Shown piece by piece: positions 37,573 to 47,012 of a stretch of 64,000 bases of DNA. Location of the stretch: assembly GCA_029858505.1 (NCBI GenBank), contig JAOUEW010000002.1, positions 104,851 through 168,850 on the forward strand. Direction: 5' to 3'. Made by a program: the position numbers and the translations under genes. Numbering within the stretch: position 1 is the stretch's first letter; each line of letters starts with the position of its first letter. This DNA is from Deltaproteobacteria bacterium (GTDB lineage: Bacteria; SAR324; JACQKK01). Under the pieces are notes generated by a model, which was not told the origin of the DNA, searched no databases, and was given only the letters and a program-made list of their open reading frames with translations.

Positions 37573-38502
37573 TTACCTGTGAAGGCGGATGCGGGGGTCT
37601 AACCAGCCATACAGCAGGTCGGTGGCCAGGTTGACCAGAATGTAGGTGATGGAAATGGTGAGGACGCAGCCCTGCACCACCGGGTAATCCCGGGTGTTGA
37701 TGGCATCCAGCAGCAGGGTGCCCAACCCCGGCCAATCGAAAATGGACTCGGTAATGATGGCTCCAGACAACAGCACCCCAATTTGCAACCCCGCCACCGT
37801 CACCACCGGAATGAGGGCGTTGCCCATGGCGTGGCCCCACACCACGGCCCGTTCTCCCAGCCCCTTGGCCCGGGCGGTGCGAATATAGTCTTCTCCCATC
37901 ACTTCCAGCAGCGAAGCGTGAATCATCCTAGACAACAGGGCCGCCAAGGCCGTGCCCAGGGTCACGGCGGGCAGCACCAGATTGTCCAGCCCTCCCCGTT
38001 CGTTCACGGGGAGCCAATCGAGGCGGATGGCGAACAGCAAGATCAGCATGGGGCCCAGCCAAAAACTGGGCATGGCCACCCCAAGCAGGGCAAACAGGCT
38101 GGCCAACCGGTCTGGCCAGCGCCCGTGATACAAGGCGGCGGTGACCCCCAGGGGAAAGGCCAGGGCCAGGGCCACGGCCATGGCGCCCACCATCAACTCG
38201 GCGGTGGCGGGCAGGCGAGCGGCAATTTCTTGGGCCACGGGCCGCTGGCTGATGAACGACCGACCAACATCTCCCCGCAGCACCCTCCCCAGGAACAGCC
38301 CATACTGTTCAGCCAGGGGGCGGTCCAGTTCCAGCCGGCTGCGCAGCGCCGAGACATCCCCCGGCAGGGCGTTTTCTCCCAGCATGATTTGGGCCGGGTC
38401 CCCCGGCACCAGGTGCACCAGCAGAAAGACCAGGGTCACGACTCCCCACACCACTGGCAGGGTCCACAGCACGCGATGCAGCAGGTAGGTCATGGGGGGC
38501 AT
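37573..38502 (-). CDS. dppB: Peptide/nickel ABC transporter permease
   Basis: LVPGDPA, LDRPLAEQY, EDYIRTARAKGL, TESIFDWPGLG, RDYPVVQG. Confidence 0.9.
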   Translation of the reverse strand: MPPMTYLLHRVLWTLPVVWGVVTLVFLLVHLVPGDPAQIMLGENALPGDVSALRSRLELDRPLAEQYGLFLGRVLRGDVGRSFISQRPVAQEIAARLPATAELMVGAMAVALALAFPLGVTAALYHGRWPDRLASLFALLGVAMPSFWLGPMLILLFAIRLDWLPVNERGGLDNLVLPAVTLGTALAALLSRMIHASLLEVMGEDYIRTARAKGLGERAVVWGHAMGNALIPVVTVAGLQIGVLLSGAIITESIFDWPGLGTLLLDAINTRDYPVVQGCVLTISITYILVNLATDLLYGWLDPRIRLHR

Positions 38503-38556
38503 TCCACGAAAAAGGGGGTGAATCGTGAGAGTGAGAATACCACTGGTGGGGGGGTC

Positions 38557-39552
38557 TTACCAAGCCTCGGCGGGCTGGTTTTCCTCGACTTCTTTCAGCA
38601 GGCTCAGGTATCGCGCATAGCGGTCGGCGGATTCTGGGCTGGAAAGGCTGGCCCGCACCGCGCAGCGGGGTTCTTGGCGGTGCAGGCAGTCGCGGAAGCC
38701 GCAGGCCAGGTCGCTTCCCCCCAACCCGCGAAAATAGCGGGCCAGGTCCTGGGGGGCCACATCGTGCAGGCCGAAGGCCCGCACCCCGGGGGAATCCACC
38801 AGAAACCCGCCATCGGGCAGGGGTAACAATCGGGCGGCGGTGGTGGTGTGGCGGCCCTGCCCCTGCTCCCCCACCGTGCCGGTGGCCAGGGCCGCCCCGC
38901 ACAGTTGATTGGTGAGGGTGGTTTTCCCCACGCCGGAATGGCCCACCAGCACCGCCACCCGACCCGCTAGGGAATCCCTGAGGGCGATCAAAGAGGCGGG
39001 GTGTTGATGGGACAGCCCCACCACCTTCACCCCCAGGTGCTGGTAATACGCAGCCCACTGAGGAAAGGCTCCGGTGGTGTCCAGGTCTACCTTGGTCACG
39101 GCCAGCAGGGGCTCTAATCCGGTTTTGGCCGCGGCCACCAGCAGCCGTTCCACCAGCCCCTGGTGAAACGGAGGTTGTTGAATGGCGGCCGCGATGACCA
39201 ACAGCTCCACATTGGCGGCCAAGGGCTGGCCCTGCTCTTGCCCCCGACGGTGAGGGTCTGGGTGGGCCCGGGTCAGCAGGGTGGTGCGGGGCAGCCGGGC
39301 CTGCACGGCTCCCTTGCCGCCGGGTTCCGGCATGAACACCACCCGGTCCCCCGCCACCAGGCGCTCTTCTCTCACCACCTGGCCTTTGATAAGGCACAGA
39401 TATTCCGTTCCCCCGTGCCAGACCAGACACTTATGTGAAAATACCCCGCTGACCCACCCCTCTAGGCTCCCCGCTGCGGTGGGAGAATCTGGAAGGGTCT
39501 TGTTTTTTTTGGGGTTGAAGCTGCCAGTGGGGGATTTGCCAAATTTTGCCAT
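38557..39552 (-). CDS. rsgA: Ribosome small-subunit-dependent GTPase A
   Basis: VAGDRV OB region, AANV, TKVDL, GHSGVGKTTL, GRHTTT, DSPG, CGFRDCLHRQEPRCAV zinc finger. Confidence 0.95.
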   Translation of the reverse strand: MAKFGKSPTGSFNPKKNKTLPDSPTAAGSLEGWVSGVFSHKCLVWHGGTEYLCLIKGQVVREERLVAGDRVVFMPEPGGKGAVQARLPRTTLLTRAHPDPHRRGQEQGQPLAANVELLVIAAAIQQPPFHQGLVERLLVAAAKTGLEPLLAVTKVDLDTTGAFPQWAAYYQHLGVKVVGLSHQHPASLIALRDSLAGRVAVLVGHSGVGKTTLTNQLCGAALATGTVGEQGQGRHTTTAARLLPLPDGGFLVDSPGVRAFGLHDVAPQDLARYFRGLGGSDLACGFRDCLHRQEPRCAVRASLSSPESADRYARYLSLLKEVEENQPAEAW

Positions 39553-40276
39553 GCCCTAGTGTAGCAAACCCGCTGGACGGATGGCCATTTATCCGTAAAT
39601 TTCCCCAAAATAGAGCCCCCATGGGGTCTACCAGCAGATTTTCCGCCTGGGTTCACATCCGTTTGAATTCGTGCTGGAAATGTTCTTTTCAACGACGCTT
39701 CGGGGATGTTGCGTCCTTATTCCAAAGAGATGCGAAAAACGCCTGGGGGGTTTTCTGGTACCGGGATGAATTCATTTCATGTGCGCCACAAAAATAAAAA
39801 AAAACAAAAAACCCCTAAAAATCCCTACGGCACCGCGGTTTGATGATTTTTTAAGAGCCTTCGTTGAAAAACGCCCTCTTGGGTAATCCTTGGTTCGCCA
39901 CATTTAATGTAATTAATAAATAATGAAACATATGAGCAACATCATGATTCATGGTGGCCCCAGGTTGCGGGCTCAGATGAAAACATTTCCATTCGTTGGA
40001 TTTAAGAAAAAAAAATCGTCTCGTTTGGTCAACCAGATCAAGGGACATAGCGGGATCGATTCTTTTTTGTTTTTTTTGTTTGGAAAGGGCACTTGGATTG
40101 TGATGAATTACCCCTGCAGACAACAACAGGGTTTTCAGCGGGTTTTGTAAAACGGCGCATTCGCCGCCGCCCCACACCCAGCATCCATCCAGGAAAGGGC
40201 CCATGGGAGGGTCCGGGGAGGGGTGCGTCCAAATATGCTGAACGGTATGCCCAACAGCGGGTTCAGCAAGAGGTAT

Positions 40277-40306
40277 CGGGTGTATTTCATGCGGGTGTAT
40301 TTCATG
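40277..40306 (+). repeat. 15-bp perfect tandem direct repeat (CGGGTGTATTTCATG x2)
   Basis: Read directly; ~65 bp upstream of the 598-aa ORF. Confidence 0.85.
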
Positions 40307-40371
40307 TTTGCGCAAGAGTCTCAAGGTTGTAAGAAGATTGGTTTGGTTCACACTGAAGCAACGCAGGGAGC

Positions 40372-42168
40372 ATGATCGTCCTACAAGGGGCCTCTAAGGA
40401 TGGAGACGCCGTAAAGCACTTTCGCCACACCCTTTCGCTGGGTGGGGCCTTGAAGGAGCTTTACCGGTTGTATGACCAACTGGGCGGGGTGGCGGGCCAG
40501 GCAGATCGATTCTCTTGGGGGAGGGAGCCGGGGAGAGAGCCGGGGATTGCTCCGGAGGGCCTGGGCAATCCAGCAGGCACCCCAGCGGGTATTCAGGGCC
40601 GCGCGCTGAATCCCGTGGAGCAGGCCATTGAACAACGGATGACCGGCTGCCTGGGAGAAGGGCGCCCCGATCAGCGGGCCAAGGACAAACTGCAAACCCT
40701 GCTGCGCATGCGGGACCTGCACCGGTTTATCACCTTGGAAGACGATCTGCGCCAGGTGAAACTGGAATGGGTGGAAATCATGTTGTTCCGCCCATCGCTG
40801 ACCGAACGCTGGGCGGCCATTCGTCGGCTGCTAACCGACCAAGTGGACCGCATTTGCCAAGCGCCCTTCCCTGGGCGGGCGGTGAATCAGGAATTGTACA
40901 AAGAGCAACTTTCCCGCCGAAACAGCCGCCTGGGGAGCCTGCTGGTGGCCACGGCGCTGTTTCACTTTGATGAAGACCCGGAAGAGCCGCCGGAAAACCT
41001 GATGCTGAGGCTGAAACGGAACCATTTTCCCGAACATGTGTGGGAACAACTGGGGCCTGCCCAGGGGTCGGCCTGGACGCCCGCAAACCCCCTGTGCCGG
41101 TGGGAATACTTGGCGGCCGACCTGATGCACGCCCTGGTGAGGGAGGCCCGGCTGGAGCGGGGAGAAAAACCAAGCCGGGGATGGCTGGGCCAAGCCGCCA
41201 GCGGAAGGAACCAAACGGGTCTGGAGCGGGAATCCTCGGAGGAAACGGCCCGGTTGTTTTGCCGATTTCCCGGTGAATCGTTGGGAGGGGCGGACCAAAT
41301 GGAGCTGCTGCCCACCCAGCCCCAGGCCATTCTGCCCGAGGCTTTTCGGCGGATTCACCAAACTGAAGGCGCCGAGGCGGTGCGGATGGCGGCCCTGCTG
41401 ATGGAACAGCTGGCCGAAAGCCGCCCGGGAGAACGGGCGCTGGTGGATTACGGAGAGTTGCTGTCTCATCCGGTGTTGTCTTTTCTGCCGCCGGGCCAGC
41501 GAAAAGCCCGGGCCAGGAAACTGGGAAAAGTGTTGGGGGTGTTGGCGGGCATTACCTGCCATCGGGTGGTGACCCAGAATGGAGAGTCCACGCTGGCCAC
41601 CTCTCGGCTGGTGACCATTCTGGACCGGTCGGTGCCATGGGTGGGAGGAAAATTATCGGGAGGAAAAATTGCGGGTGGGGAATTGCCTGGGGGAGAACTG
41701 TCTGGCGGGCAATCCCACGCCGGACAATCCCATGATCCTGTACCTCCCCAAGACGAAGAGTCTGGAGAGGACTCGCCCAATCGGCGGGTGAGTTTGTATC
41801 TGGACGGGGTGTTCTTTACCGCCCAGGGGACCCTGGCCGAAGGGTTCCGAGAGCTTCCCTCGGCGGTGGCGGGTTGCGACGTGAAGGAACACCCGTTCCT
41901 GATGGGCTTGTACGCTTGGCTGCGGAACCGGGGAGGACATTGGGAACAGGCGGTGAGCGCCAGGAACTTGTTGCAAGAAGCCGGGGTGTGGGTGTCTCCC
42001 ACCAGTCGGTATCGGTCCTTGGAAATCCTTAAGCGAGAGCTGACTTATTTGCGGGAGTTGGGGTTCATCGGGGGGTGGCGAATGGAAAAAAGCCCCACCC
42101 GCGATGGCATGGACGACCTGTTTTTGTTGAGCCCGGCTCAGCCAGCCCGGCGGCAGAACCCGGCCTAG
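40372..42168 (+). CDS. Orphan protein with a C-terminal Rep/TrfA-like tandem winged-helix region
   Basis: GGGAG SD; C-terminal LYAWLR...VSARNLLQEAG...RSLEILKRELTYLRELGFIGGW resembles WH2 of plasmid initiators; preceding helix-strand-helix segment resembles WH1. Pattern recognition only. Confidence 0.55.
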   Translation: MIVLQGASKDGDAVKHFRHTLSLGGALKELYRLYDQLGGVAGQADRFSWGREPGREPGIAPEGLGNPAGTPAGIQGRALNPVEQAIEQRMTGCLGEGRPDQRAKDKLQTLLRMRDLHRFITLEDDLRQVKLEWVEIMLFRPSLTERWAAIRRLLTDQVDRICQAPFPGRAVNQELYKEQLSRRNSRLGSLLVATALFHFDEDPEEPPENLMLRLKRNHFPEHVWEQLGPAQGSAWTPANPLCRWEYLAADLMHALVREARLERGEKPSRGWLGQAASGRNQTGLERESSEETARLFCRFPGESLGGADQMELLPTQPQAILPEAFRRIHQTEGAEAVRMAALLMEQLAESRPGERALVDYGELLSHPVLSFLPPGQRKARARKLGKVLGVLAGITCHRVVTQNGESTLATSRLVTILDRSVPWVGGKLSGGKIAGGELPGGELSGGQSHAGQSHDPVPPQDEESGEDSPNRRVSLYLDGVFFTAQGTLAEGFRELPSAVAGCDVKEHPFLMGLYAWLRNRGGHWEQAVSARNLLQEAGVWVSPTSRYRSLEILKRELTYLRELGFIGGWRMEKSPTRDGMDDLFLLSPAQPARRQNPA

Positions 42169-42193
42169 GCGGGGGTTCCCGGAGATCGGGGAA

Positions 42194-42252
42194 AGCAACG
42201 GGGGAGCAACGGGGGAGCAACGGGGGAGCAACGGGAACAGGGAACAGGGAAC
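42194..42252 (+). repeat. Tandem repeats AGCAACGGGGG x3.8 then GGGAACA x~3
   Basis: Read directly, starting 26 bp after the stop of the 598-aa ORF. Confidence 0.85.
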
Positions 42253-42505
42253 CGGTGACCAACCAGCTCGGAAGCCCCGGAAGGTTGGGGGGGCAGGAGC
42301 CCGGTATGTTTTGGGGGCGAAAGCCCTGGATGTTTGGGGGGGGGGGACCCCCATGGAAATTGGGGTGGGATAGACGATTGGGGTTCGCGGGGTCTCGTGC
42401 CTAAGGATGGGCCGGGCCTCGCGGCCCTTTTCTTTCAGAGAGAGGTGTCTAAACGGAGATGTTTCTACATGAATGGTTTGACCCACATCAATCTCTTTAA
42501 CAGAT

Positions 42506-42588
42506 AAGGGTGGGCCCGGATGGGGTGCTAAGGTTCAACGGATGAACAGGCGCTCATGGAGGAGTTGTCCCTATCCGGGCTCACTTTT
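42506..42588 (+). other. Structured element: 20-bp stem (4 G-U pairs) closing a two-hairpin multiloop, followed by U tract
   Basis: 42506-42525 pairs with 42569-42588; internal GTTCA-ACGGA-TGAAC hairpin; G-U pairs only work on the + strand. Confidence 0.5.
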
Positions 42589-42593
42589 TCTTT

Positions 42594-42632
42594 TTCTTCT
42601 TCTTCTTCTTCTTCTTCTTCTTCTTCTTCTTC
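42594..42632 (+). repeat. Microsatellite (TTC)13
   Basis: 13 perfect TTC units counted. Confidence 0.95.
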
Positions 42633-42885
42633 CGCTCTCATTTTCTAAGTGACCCGCTTGTTTGAATCGCACGGTTTCTTCCGGGTGATCTTCTCACTCT
42701 CTTACTTCCCCCTGCGTTTTTCCCCCCCTGTGGTCTCCCTGTTTTCGACTGAGGGGATGGTCTTCTGTTTTTCTCTAGGGTCGAATCCAATGGGGTGAAA
42801 TTTTTGTTCCAGGGATTGGCGCTAAGCCCCTGTGTTTTCCCCTATGTTTTCCCCCCGGGCTTTGATGTTTATTGGCCAGGGGATT

Positions 42886-44265
42886 ATGCTGGAAGAAAGC
42901 CTGCTGAACAGGGCTGCAACCCCCTTCGGAGGTTCTTTGAGCACCACAGAATTGCCGCAAACCAAAGCCTTGCTGGTGTCGGTGGCCAGTTCCGGGGTAA
43001 CGCCGGAAGCCCAGGCGGAGTCTTTGGAAGAGTTGGGGGAGTTGGCCGCCAGCCTGGGCTGGCAGGTGGTGTGCCGCCAAACCCAGTCGGTGGCCCGGAT
43101 CAACCCCGCCACCTACATGGGGTCTGGCAAGGTGGACCAGGTGAAGGCCCTGGTCGGGCAATTTCAGGCCGATGTGGTGGTGTTCGACAACAACCTGTCG
43201 CCCTCTCAGGGAGAAAACCTGGAGAAAGCCTTTCAGGTGATGGTGATGGACCGCACCCAGTTGATCTTGGAGATTTTCCACAAAAACGCCCGCACCCACG
43301 AAGCCCGCCTGCAGGTGGAACTGGCCCAGTTGGAATACATGCTGCCCCGGCTGGTGGGCCTGTGGGCCCACTTGGACCGGGAGCGGGGGGGGATCGCGGG
43401 GTCCAAGGGGACCGGCGAAAAGCAGATCAACATCGACCGTTCCATGATTCGCCGCCGCATTGCCCGGCTGAAAAAAGACCTGGAGCATGTGTCGCGGGAG
43501 CGCAGCACCCAAAAGAAACGCCGGGCCGGGGGCAGCCTGCGGGTGTCGGTGGTGGGGTACACCAACGCGGGGAAGTCTACCTTGATGAACCGGTTGACCG
43601 GGGCTGGGGTGCGGGCGGAAAACCGGCTGTTTGCCACCCTCGACTCCACCACCCGGGTGATGGCCTCGGAGAGCCGCCCCCCGGTGCTGCTTTCTGACAC
43701 GGTGGGGTTTATCAAACATTTGCCCCACCAGCTGGTGGCCTCGTTTCGCTCCACCTTAGAGGTGGTGGCCGATGCCGACTTGCTGCTGCACCTGGTCGAC
43801 ATCTCCCACGACGACTACGAAACCCATATCCACACCACCGAAAGCGTTCTGGAATCCATCGGGGTGCTGACCATTCCCCGGCTGCTGGTGTTTAACAAAG
43901 TGGATCGGGTGGAAGATAAGATGCGGCTGCTTCTGGCCCGCCAAACCTATCCCGATGCCCTGTTGATATCGGCCCTCACCGACGACATGGAACCCTTGCG
44001 GGAGCGGGTGACGGCGTTCTTTCAGCAGCGCATGATGACCCGGCGGCTGGAACTGGCCCTGGAAGACGCCGATGGCTTGTCTGAGGTGCACAGGCTGGGG
44101 CGGGTGGAACGCTGCCTGTATCACCCGGACCGGGTGGAGGTGATCGCCACCCTGACGCCGGAAAACCTGGGCCGGTTACGCTCCCACGTGGCCCTGCGGG
44201 CCGACGACCCGGCCCGGGAGGAAGACCAGTTGCCCCAAACCCACACCTCTCCCCTGGCCTCATGA
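42886..44265 (+). CDS. hflX: Ribosome-splitting GTPase HflX
   Basis: EARLQVELAQL, GTGEKQ, VVGYTNAGKSTLMN, ENRLFATLD, DTVGFI, FNKVD. Confidence 0.96.
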   Translation: MLEESLLNRAATPFGGSLSTTELPQTKALLVSVASSGVTPEAQAESLEELGELAASLGWQVVCRQTQSVARINPATYMGSGKVDQVKALVGQFQADVVVFDNNLSPSQGENLEKAFQVMVMDRTQLILEIFHKNARTHEARLQVELAQLEYMLPRLVGLWAHLDRERGGIAGSKGTGEKQINIDRSMIRRRIARLKKDLEHVSRERSTQKKRRAGGSLRVSVVGYTNAGKSTLMNRLTGAGVRAENRLFATLDSTTRVMASESRPPVLLSDTVGFIKHLPHQLVASFRSTLEVVADADLLLHLVDISHDDYETHIHTTESVLESIGVLTIPRLLVFNKVDRVEDKMRLLLARQTYPDALLISALTDDMEPLRERVTAFFQQRMMTRRLELALEDADGLSEVHRLGRVERCLYHPDRVEVIATLTPENLGRLRSHVALRADDPAREEDQLPQTHTSPLAS

Positions 44266-45056
44266 CCTCTCGCATCGCTTTGGTGCAGACCACCTCCACC
44301 ACCCACCAAGACACCAATCTCTCTCAGGCCCTGGCCAGGGTGGAGGAAGCCGCGGGCCTGGGGGCGGGGCTGGTGGCCTTTCCAGAGGTGTTCCTCTACA
44401 CTGGCGACCGCCAAGGCAAACTGGAGCATGCCGTGACCCTGGACGGACCGGTGATTGAACGGTTTCGCCAGGCAGCTCAACGCCACCGGCTGGCCATTTG
44501 CCTGGGCAGCGTGTGCGAGCGGGCCCCGGAGGATCCCCGGCGGGTGTACAACACATCGGTCATCCTGGGGGCCGATGGGGACACCCTGGGGGTGTATCGC
44601 AAGCGCAATCTGTTCGACATTGGCCTGCCCCACCTAAGTGTGCGGGAAAGCGAGTTCGTGATTCCGGGGCGGGAGCCGTCTCCCGTGGTGCAGACCCCGG
44701 TGGGGCGGGTGGGGGTGGCCATTTGTTTCGACCTGCGGTTCCCGGCGCTGTTTCAGCAAATGCGCCGCGACGGGGCCCAGATTATTCTGGTGCCTTCCAA
44801 CTTCACCGCCCAAACCGGCGCCGACCATTGGGAGCCGCTGCTGCGGGCCCGGGCCATTGAAAACCAAGTGTACGTGGGCGCCCCCGCCCAGGTGGGGCCC
44901 ACTGGCGCGGGGTTTCACTCCCATGGCCACACCATGCTGGTGGACCCCTGGGGCACCGTCATTGCCCAGGCCCCCGCCCGGCCCCAACTGCTGGTGGGGG
45001 AGATTCACCTGGACCACTTGACTCAAGTGCGGGAAAACATGCCCCTGGGGTTTTAG
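44262..45056 (+). CDS. Carbon-nitrogen hydrolase (Nit1/deaminated-glutathione amidase type)
   Basis: Glu-Lys-Cys triad: FPE, YRKRNLFD, ICFDLRFP; ARAIENQ; ATGA overlap with hflX. Confidence 0.9.
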   Translation: MTSRIALVQTTSTTHQDTNLSQALARVEEAAGLGAGLVAFPEVFLYTGDRQGKLEHAVTLDGPVIERFRQAAQRHRLAICLGSVCERAPEDPRRVYNTSVILGADGDTLGVYRKRNLFDIGLPHLSVRESEFVIPGREPSPVVQTPVGRVGVAICFDLRFPALFQQMRRDGAQIILVPSNFTAQTGADHWEPLLRARAIENQVYVGAPAQVGPTGAGFHSHGHTMLVDPWGTVIAQAPARPQLLVGEIHLDHLTQVRENMPLGF

Positions 45057-45329
45057 GCTTTCTTTCCCCCGCTAGCCTCTATTTGTTATCCTCACTCAGA
45101 CAACGGAAGATTTATTTATAGGTACAAGCCGATTCACCGAGCGGTATGTTTTTATTGAGAGAAAAACTCATCGGCAAGTTGTAAGCATCAGCCCACAGAA
45201 TAGAGCGCTTACGAGTTTCGGTATAAGGATTGTCACGGGAAACAATTTATGCTAGGGTGATTGCGGATTCGAGTGTTAGGACATCCTCCTGGGATGGGGT
45301 GCTGTTGGGAATTGGTTGCTGGAGTGAAT

Positions 45330-45743
45330 ATGCAAGGGCGTATGCCATTAAACATGCAAGAACCCGCATCTGGCATTGAGCAAGATCATGTTGAGCTCTT
45401 TCATGAAATACATTACTTTCAGGAGTCTCTTCAGGCGGGTCATGGAGTAAGTACGGTGGGCCGCGCGATTCATTGGTTGTTCACCAAGCTGCCCGGTCAC
45501 TTTCAAGCAGAAGAAGAAATCATGAGGGCCGGAGGATACCCCCTGGCTGACTCCCATCGGAATAGCCATCAAGAGATTCTCCAGGTATTGGAGTCCGTGG
45601 TTAAAACCTTTGAAAAAGAGGGCGCGACCCGCGGGGTATGCCAAAAAACGGCCAGTCTGATTGACTTGGTGCATCGTCACACCCACAACGAAGATCAGGC
45701 CATGGATCAGTTTTTTACAAAGAAATCCCGGAAGGGAAATTGA
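45330..45743 (+). CDS. Bacteriohemerythrin-like protein
   Basis: EQDH, HFQAEEEIM...GYP...HRNSH, HTHNED di-iron ligands; GGAG SD before 45330. Confidence 0.85.
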   Translation: MQGRMPLNMQEPASGIEQDHVELFHEIHYFQESLQAGHGVSTVGRAIHWLFTKLPGHFQAEEEIMRAGGYPLADSHRNSHQEILQVLESVVKTFEKEGATRGVCQKTASLIDLVHRHTHNEDQAMDQFFTKKSRKGN

Positions 45744-45775
45744 GGGGGAGCGCAGGGAAATCACCAAAGGAAGTC

Positions 45776-45813
45776 ATCCCGGAGCGGGGAATCACCGCTC
45801 CGGGATTTTTTTT
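45776..45813 (+). terminator. Intrinsic terminator
   Basis: ATCCCGGAGCGG-GGAATCA-CCGCTCCGGGAT followed by T7. Confidence 0.9.
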
Positions 45814-45928
45814 GACCGGTCTGCCATACTGGGTTATCCCATTACCCATACTTGTTATTCCATGATTTCGTTTACTTCTCTTTCTTCTCTTTTTTAATCT
45901 CCTCCCCCTCTCCTTTTCTCTCATCCAT

Positions 45929-47005
45929 ATGGTGCCTTCCATGAGCCCTCCCAAGCCCAACCTGCCGGAATTGTCAGAATCCTCTCCAGAGACCCGCGCG
46001 CCTTCTCGCAAGGAGCAGTTGATGCACGCCCTGCAAGAAGTGCAGGGGATGCAGCTGGCCTTCATAGGGCTGCACAACGGTTTGGTGCAGGCCTTGGCCG
46101 GGGGCGGCATGGAGGAACCCGCCGCCCTGGCCCGCAAGACCAACACCGACAAGGGTTATGTGCTGCGCTGGTGCGAGGCGGCCTATGCCTTTGGGCTGCT
46201 AGAGGAGGAGGGCGGGGCGTTTATGCTGAGCGATGAGGGCCGGGCCTATCTGCCCGACCAGCCCGGCACCCTGATGCCCCTGGCCGTGCACAGCCTGCTG
46301 GGGGGGCACATGACCCTGCGGGCCGCCGAGTTGACCCGCACCGGGGAACGCCCCGGAGAAGTGGTGCTGGGGGAACAGGCGGCCATTCTGCCCTGGTTTG
46401 GGCCGATGTTGGCGGCCAATTTTGGCCCGCTGTTCGAGCAGCATATTTTACCTGGGGTGCCGGTGTTCGAGCAGGCCGACCGCAAAGGAGGGCTGGCGGT
46501 GGACCTGGGCTGCGGCAACGGCTGGTACCTGCGCAAGCTGGCCCAGCGAATGCCGGGCCTGCGGGGGCTGGGGATTGACGGCATCGGTGAAAACATCCGC
46601 CAGGCCGAGAAGCTGGCCCAGGAAGAAAAACTGGACCACCGTTTAACGTTTCAAGAGGGAGACATTTACACGTTTTCTCTGCCCGAGCCCGCGGACCTGA
46701 TTGCCATGAACCGCGCCCTGCACCATGTGTGGGATGACAAAGAGCGGGTGTTCAAAATCTTGGCCGACCACCTGAAGCCCGGCGGTGCCGCGGTGATTTG
46801 GGAGCCCAACTGGCCGGTGGAACTGGCGGCCCTGCGTCAGCCGGGCAAGCGGGGCATGGCCGTGCAGAATCTGGCGGAGCACATCCAGGGCAACCACTTT
46901 TTGCAGCCCGATGAAATCTGCCAGCAGATGGAGAAGGCCGGGCTGAAGGCCCATGTGTTTTTGTTTATGAACGGCAACGAACAGGTGGTGGTGGGGCGAA
47001 AGTAA
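45929..47005 (+). CDS. Class I SAM-dependent methyltransferase with N-terminal wHTH
   Basis: VLRWCEAAYAFG, VDLGCGNGW, GLGID, LKPGG. Confidence 0.88.
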   Translation: MVPSMSPPKPNLPELSESSPETRAPSRKEQLMHALQEVQGMQLAFIGLHNGLVQALAGGGMEEPAALARKTNTDKGYVLRWCEAAYAFGLLEEEGGAFMLSDEGRAYLPDQPGTLMPLAVHSLLGGHMTLRAAELTRTGERPGEVVLGEQAAILPWFGPMLAANFGPLFEQHILPGVPVFEQADRKGGLAVDLGCGNGWYLRKLAQRMPGLRGLGIDGIGENIRQAEKLAQEEKLDHRLTFQEGDIYTFSLPEPADLIAMNRALHHVWDDKERVFKILADHLKPGGAAVIWEPNWPVELAALRQPGKRGMAVQNLAEHIQGNHFLQPDEICQQMEKAGLKAHVFLFMNGNEQVVVGRK

Positions 47006-47012
47006 CCACCGT

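Noticed and set aside
39851-40351. 166-aa minus-strand ORF
   Set aside because: Low-complexity, homopolymer-derived sequence with no recognisable domain; more likely non-coding regulatory DNA.
42540-42650. Poly-Glu mini ORF (MRAEEEE...) on the minus strand through the (TTC)13 tract
   Set aside because: No SD or context support; explained by the microsatellite itself.
42778-42792. tRNA T-arm-like GGGTCGAATCC (also 35617-35630)
   Set aside because: No cloverleaf, acceptor stem or D arm can be built around them.
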